Assembly: GCF_006345805.1 (NCBI RefSeq)
Contig: NW_021827711.1
Location: 1 to 10,054 of the forward strand
Reading direction: 5' to 3'
Length of the DNA: 10,054 nt
Source: Octopus sinensis
Taxonomy: Eukaryota
Below are positions 7,734-10,054 of this stretch, piece after piece (the stretch's first letter is position 1; every line of letters begins with the position of its first letter). Made by a program: the position numbers and the translations under genes. The notes below the pieces were generated by a model. The model saw only the letters and a list, made by a program, of their open reading frames with translations, had not been told where the DNA came from and made no database searches.

Positions 7734-9112
7734 AATCGTTAAACTTTCCACCCTATATTGCTGATAACACTTGACTGATTACAAGTATAATTCATGTAGG
7801 ATATGGTAAGATATATTTATTTCAAAGGTCACAAATTATAACAGAACACAATCGGCATGCATTTAGAAATAGTGAAATAGTCTTTTTGAGTTAATGGCGG
7901 GTAAGATGGCGGCCTACCGCGATTATATATTGTACGGTGTCAAAGGCCGATCACTCAATTGTATAGGACTGTAATATAATAACATGACACAGGGGAAAGC
8001 CATATATGATTGAATCGAATCAATAAATTATAGGTATTTATTTTTATCGAATCCGATAAAAATGAAAAAAAAAAAGACCTAGTCGCTATAGATATGGTAT
8101 AAATTAGAAAGTAAGAGGCCGGAACAAAATACGGGTCTAGTCCTTTGTGAACTCGCAGCCCTTACTTAGCAGAACAATAATTTCCTTTGACAAGTTCTTT
8201 CTTTTTTTTTTTTTTTTTAGGACGAACACAATATATAGAATGAATACAATTGATCCTAGCGTATGAGTGATATGAATTTTATACGAAATATAAAGCATCA
8301 TTCAATCTGATTTGAATTTCAATATTTGAATAGGGGTGAGGTACACTTGAGAGCTATGTTTCTTTATTTTTCAGCCCACAGGGCGGACTTATAACATCTA
8401 CCCTTCTCCGTTCATCGTTTTTAGTCCCCAGTTCTGAAAGCCATTTCCATGCTGTATTTGAACTCGTAGCACGGCAGCTCAGAATTAAATAACCTAATTC
8501 ATATCTGACGTTCTATTATTTCTACTGGATCACAAGTCCTGCCATAATATTCGCATTTCAACTATACCGATAAATTCTAAATATTCTCTGAACTGCTATA
8601 AAAATTAATTTCAGCAAAATGCGTCAATATAGTATAAGCCAAATATTTTTTTCACATCCTAAATACGTTCTCTCCTTGTATTGTATATTGAAGATAGCTT
8701 AATTATTTCTTAAACACCTTCAAAGAAATCTAAATTGATATTAAGATAGACAGAAGATATGTATTCGAAGGATTAAAGTATAATTCAATTAATTACATTT
8801 AATAAACTTAATTAAATTATTTCTTAATTTGACTTTATGAAATCTTAAATATATATTGTCGATGTTTCACGCTCTGATAAAACTGTAAAATGAATACATG
8901 TCGGTGGGTCGTGAAAGCGTGGAAAGAGATATAGTAATAACGTATTGAAAACAGCGACTGAGGTAAACGACAGGAAAAAAAAAAAAAAAACGGCAAATAA
9001 GACAAACAAGAGAAATCAAAATGAAAAGAAATATAAGAGTAGATAAGTTGAAATTCATTTGTCTCCCATTGGAGACAATGGAATGATGAACAAAATTTCT
9101 GGTGGTTATAAT

Positions 9113-9215
9113 GATGATGATGATTAAAAAGCCCGATCATGATAATGATGATGAAGAGCTGGACGAAGACGAAGACGAAAATGATGACGACGACAACAAT
9201 ATTGACTAACACAGC

Positions 9216-9278
<63 letters not shown>

Positions 9279-9296
9279 AATGATGATGATGGGTGG

Positions 9297-9346
<50 letters not shown>

Positions 9347-9348
9347 GG

Positions 9349-9381
<33 letters not shown>

Positions 9382-9382
9382 C

Positions 9383-9414
<32 letters not shown>

Positions 9415-9435
9415 CGATGATGATGTGATGATGGG

Positions 9436-9471
<36 letters not shown>

Positions 9472-9550
9472 CGATGACGACGATGACGACGATGATGATG
9501 ATGATGGTGATGATGATGATGATGATGATGATGGGTGATGATGGGATGAT
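9113..9550. repeat. (GAT)n trinucleotide array with GAC and GGGT interruptions; purest from 9216
   Basis: Direct reading; it generates the poly-D/M/S/H/I pseudo-ORFs. Confidence 0.97.
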
Positions 9551-9624
9551 AGCATAGTTTAGTTAATATATTCTCAAATTATCTTCCTTTGAAAATGTCT
9601 CGCTTATGATATCGAATTGACACG

Positions 9625-9644
9625 TACATATATAATATATATAG

Positions 9645-9696
<52 letters not shown>

Positions 9697-9698
9697 TA

Positions 9699-9735
<37 letters not shown>

Positions 9736-9885
9736 ATAATATATATATAATATATGTATATATATATATCTATATATATATATTATATATCTACATATTA
9801 TATACATAAATATATATATATATTATATATATATATATATAGATATATATATAATATATATATATATATATACATATATATTATT
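9625..9885. repeat. Interrupted (TA)n array
   Basis: Direct reading. Confidence 0.96.
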
Positions 9886-10054
9886 ACTATACGATACTGA
9901 ATTTGGAAATTTGAATCATTGTTTGGCATACCAGTCAGAAGATAACGAAGAAGACGGCTACAGTCAGAATGTGTTTACTAGCTTACTATAGTCCCTACGT
10001 CTTATTGTCAGATGGAAATGGAAAACAATAAGGCAATAAGAGACTCAATAAATG

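Noticed and set aside
8361-8445. Tandem AG acceptors followed by (G)RTYNIY, resembling the Phox2 exon start (G)LSYKMY
   Set aside because: Only 12/20 nt identity and no homeobox sequence follows; consistent with chance.
9059-9078. 8-bp hairpin TTGTCTCC-CATT-GGAGACAA with inverted Smad-like GTCT/AGAC cores
   Set aside because: A single short stem with 4-bp motifs; not distinguishable from chance without conservation data.
8835-9555. Poly-Asp/Ser/His/Met/Ile ORFs
   Set aside because: Translations of the (GAT)n array. The GGGT interruptions are spaced about 55, 87 and 100 nt, so there is no higher-order period either.
9921-9950. GTT TGG (Val-Trp) as a possible Phox2 helix-3 exon
   Set aside because: It reads VWHTSQ rather than VWFQNRR and has no preceding AG.

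Overview
Eukaryotic, AT-rich, microsatellite-dense animal DNA. It is probably cephalopod (octopus-like), inferred from the SINE sequence and repeat landscape rather than proven. The only host coding sequence I can support is one 200-nt internal exon (4288-4487, +) of a Phox2-family PRD-class homeobox gene, encoding homeodomain residues 1-46. The upstream exon(s) and the exon carrying helix 3 (VWFQNRR) lie outside the window, so the rest is probably intron. The introns contain: a decayed R4/Dong-like non-LTR retrotransposon piece plus a second short copy of its zinc-knuckle segment, on either side of a (TATG)n array; a tRNA-derived SINE; a non-autonomous Helitron with a long internal hairpin; a 787-bp Tc1/mariner (maT-like) derivative whose ~245-bp inverted arms are two copies of the transposase 3' end; and many microsatellites. 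Most ORFs in the supplied track are artefacts of translating simple repeats. I see no evidence of a wholly new multi-gene system. The most unusual object is the two-tailed mariner derivative, with a visible microhomology at its junction. Together with the Helitron hairpin it would place long dsRNA in the Phox2 pre-mRNA.
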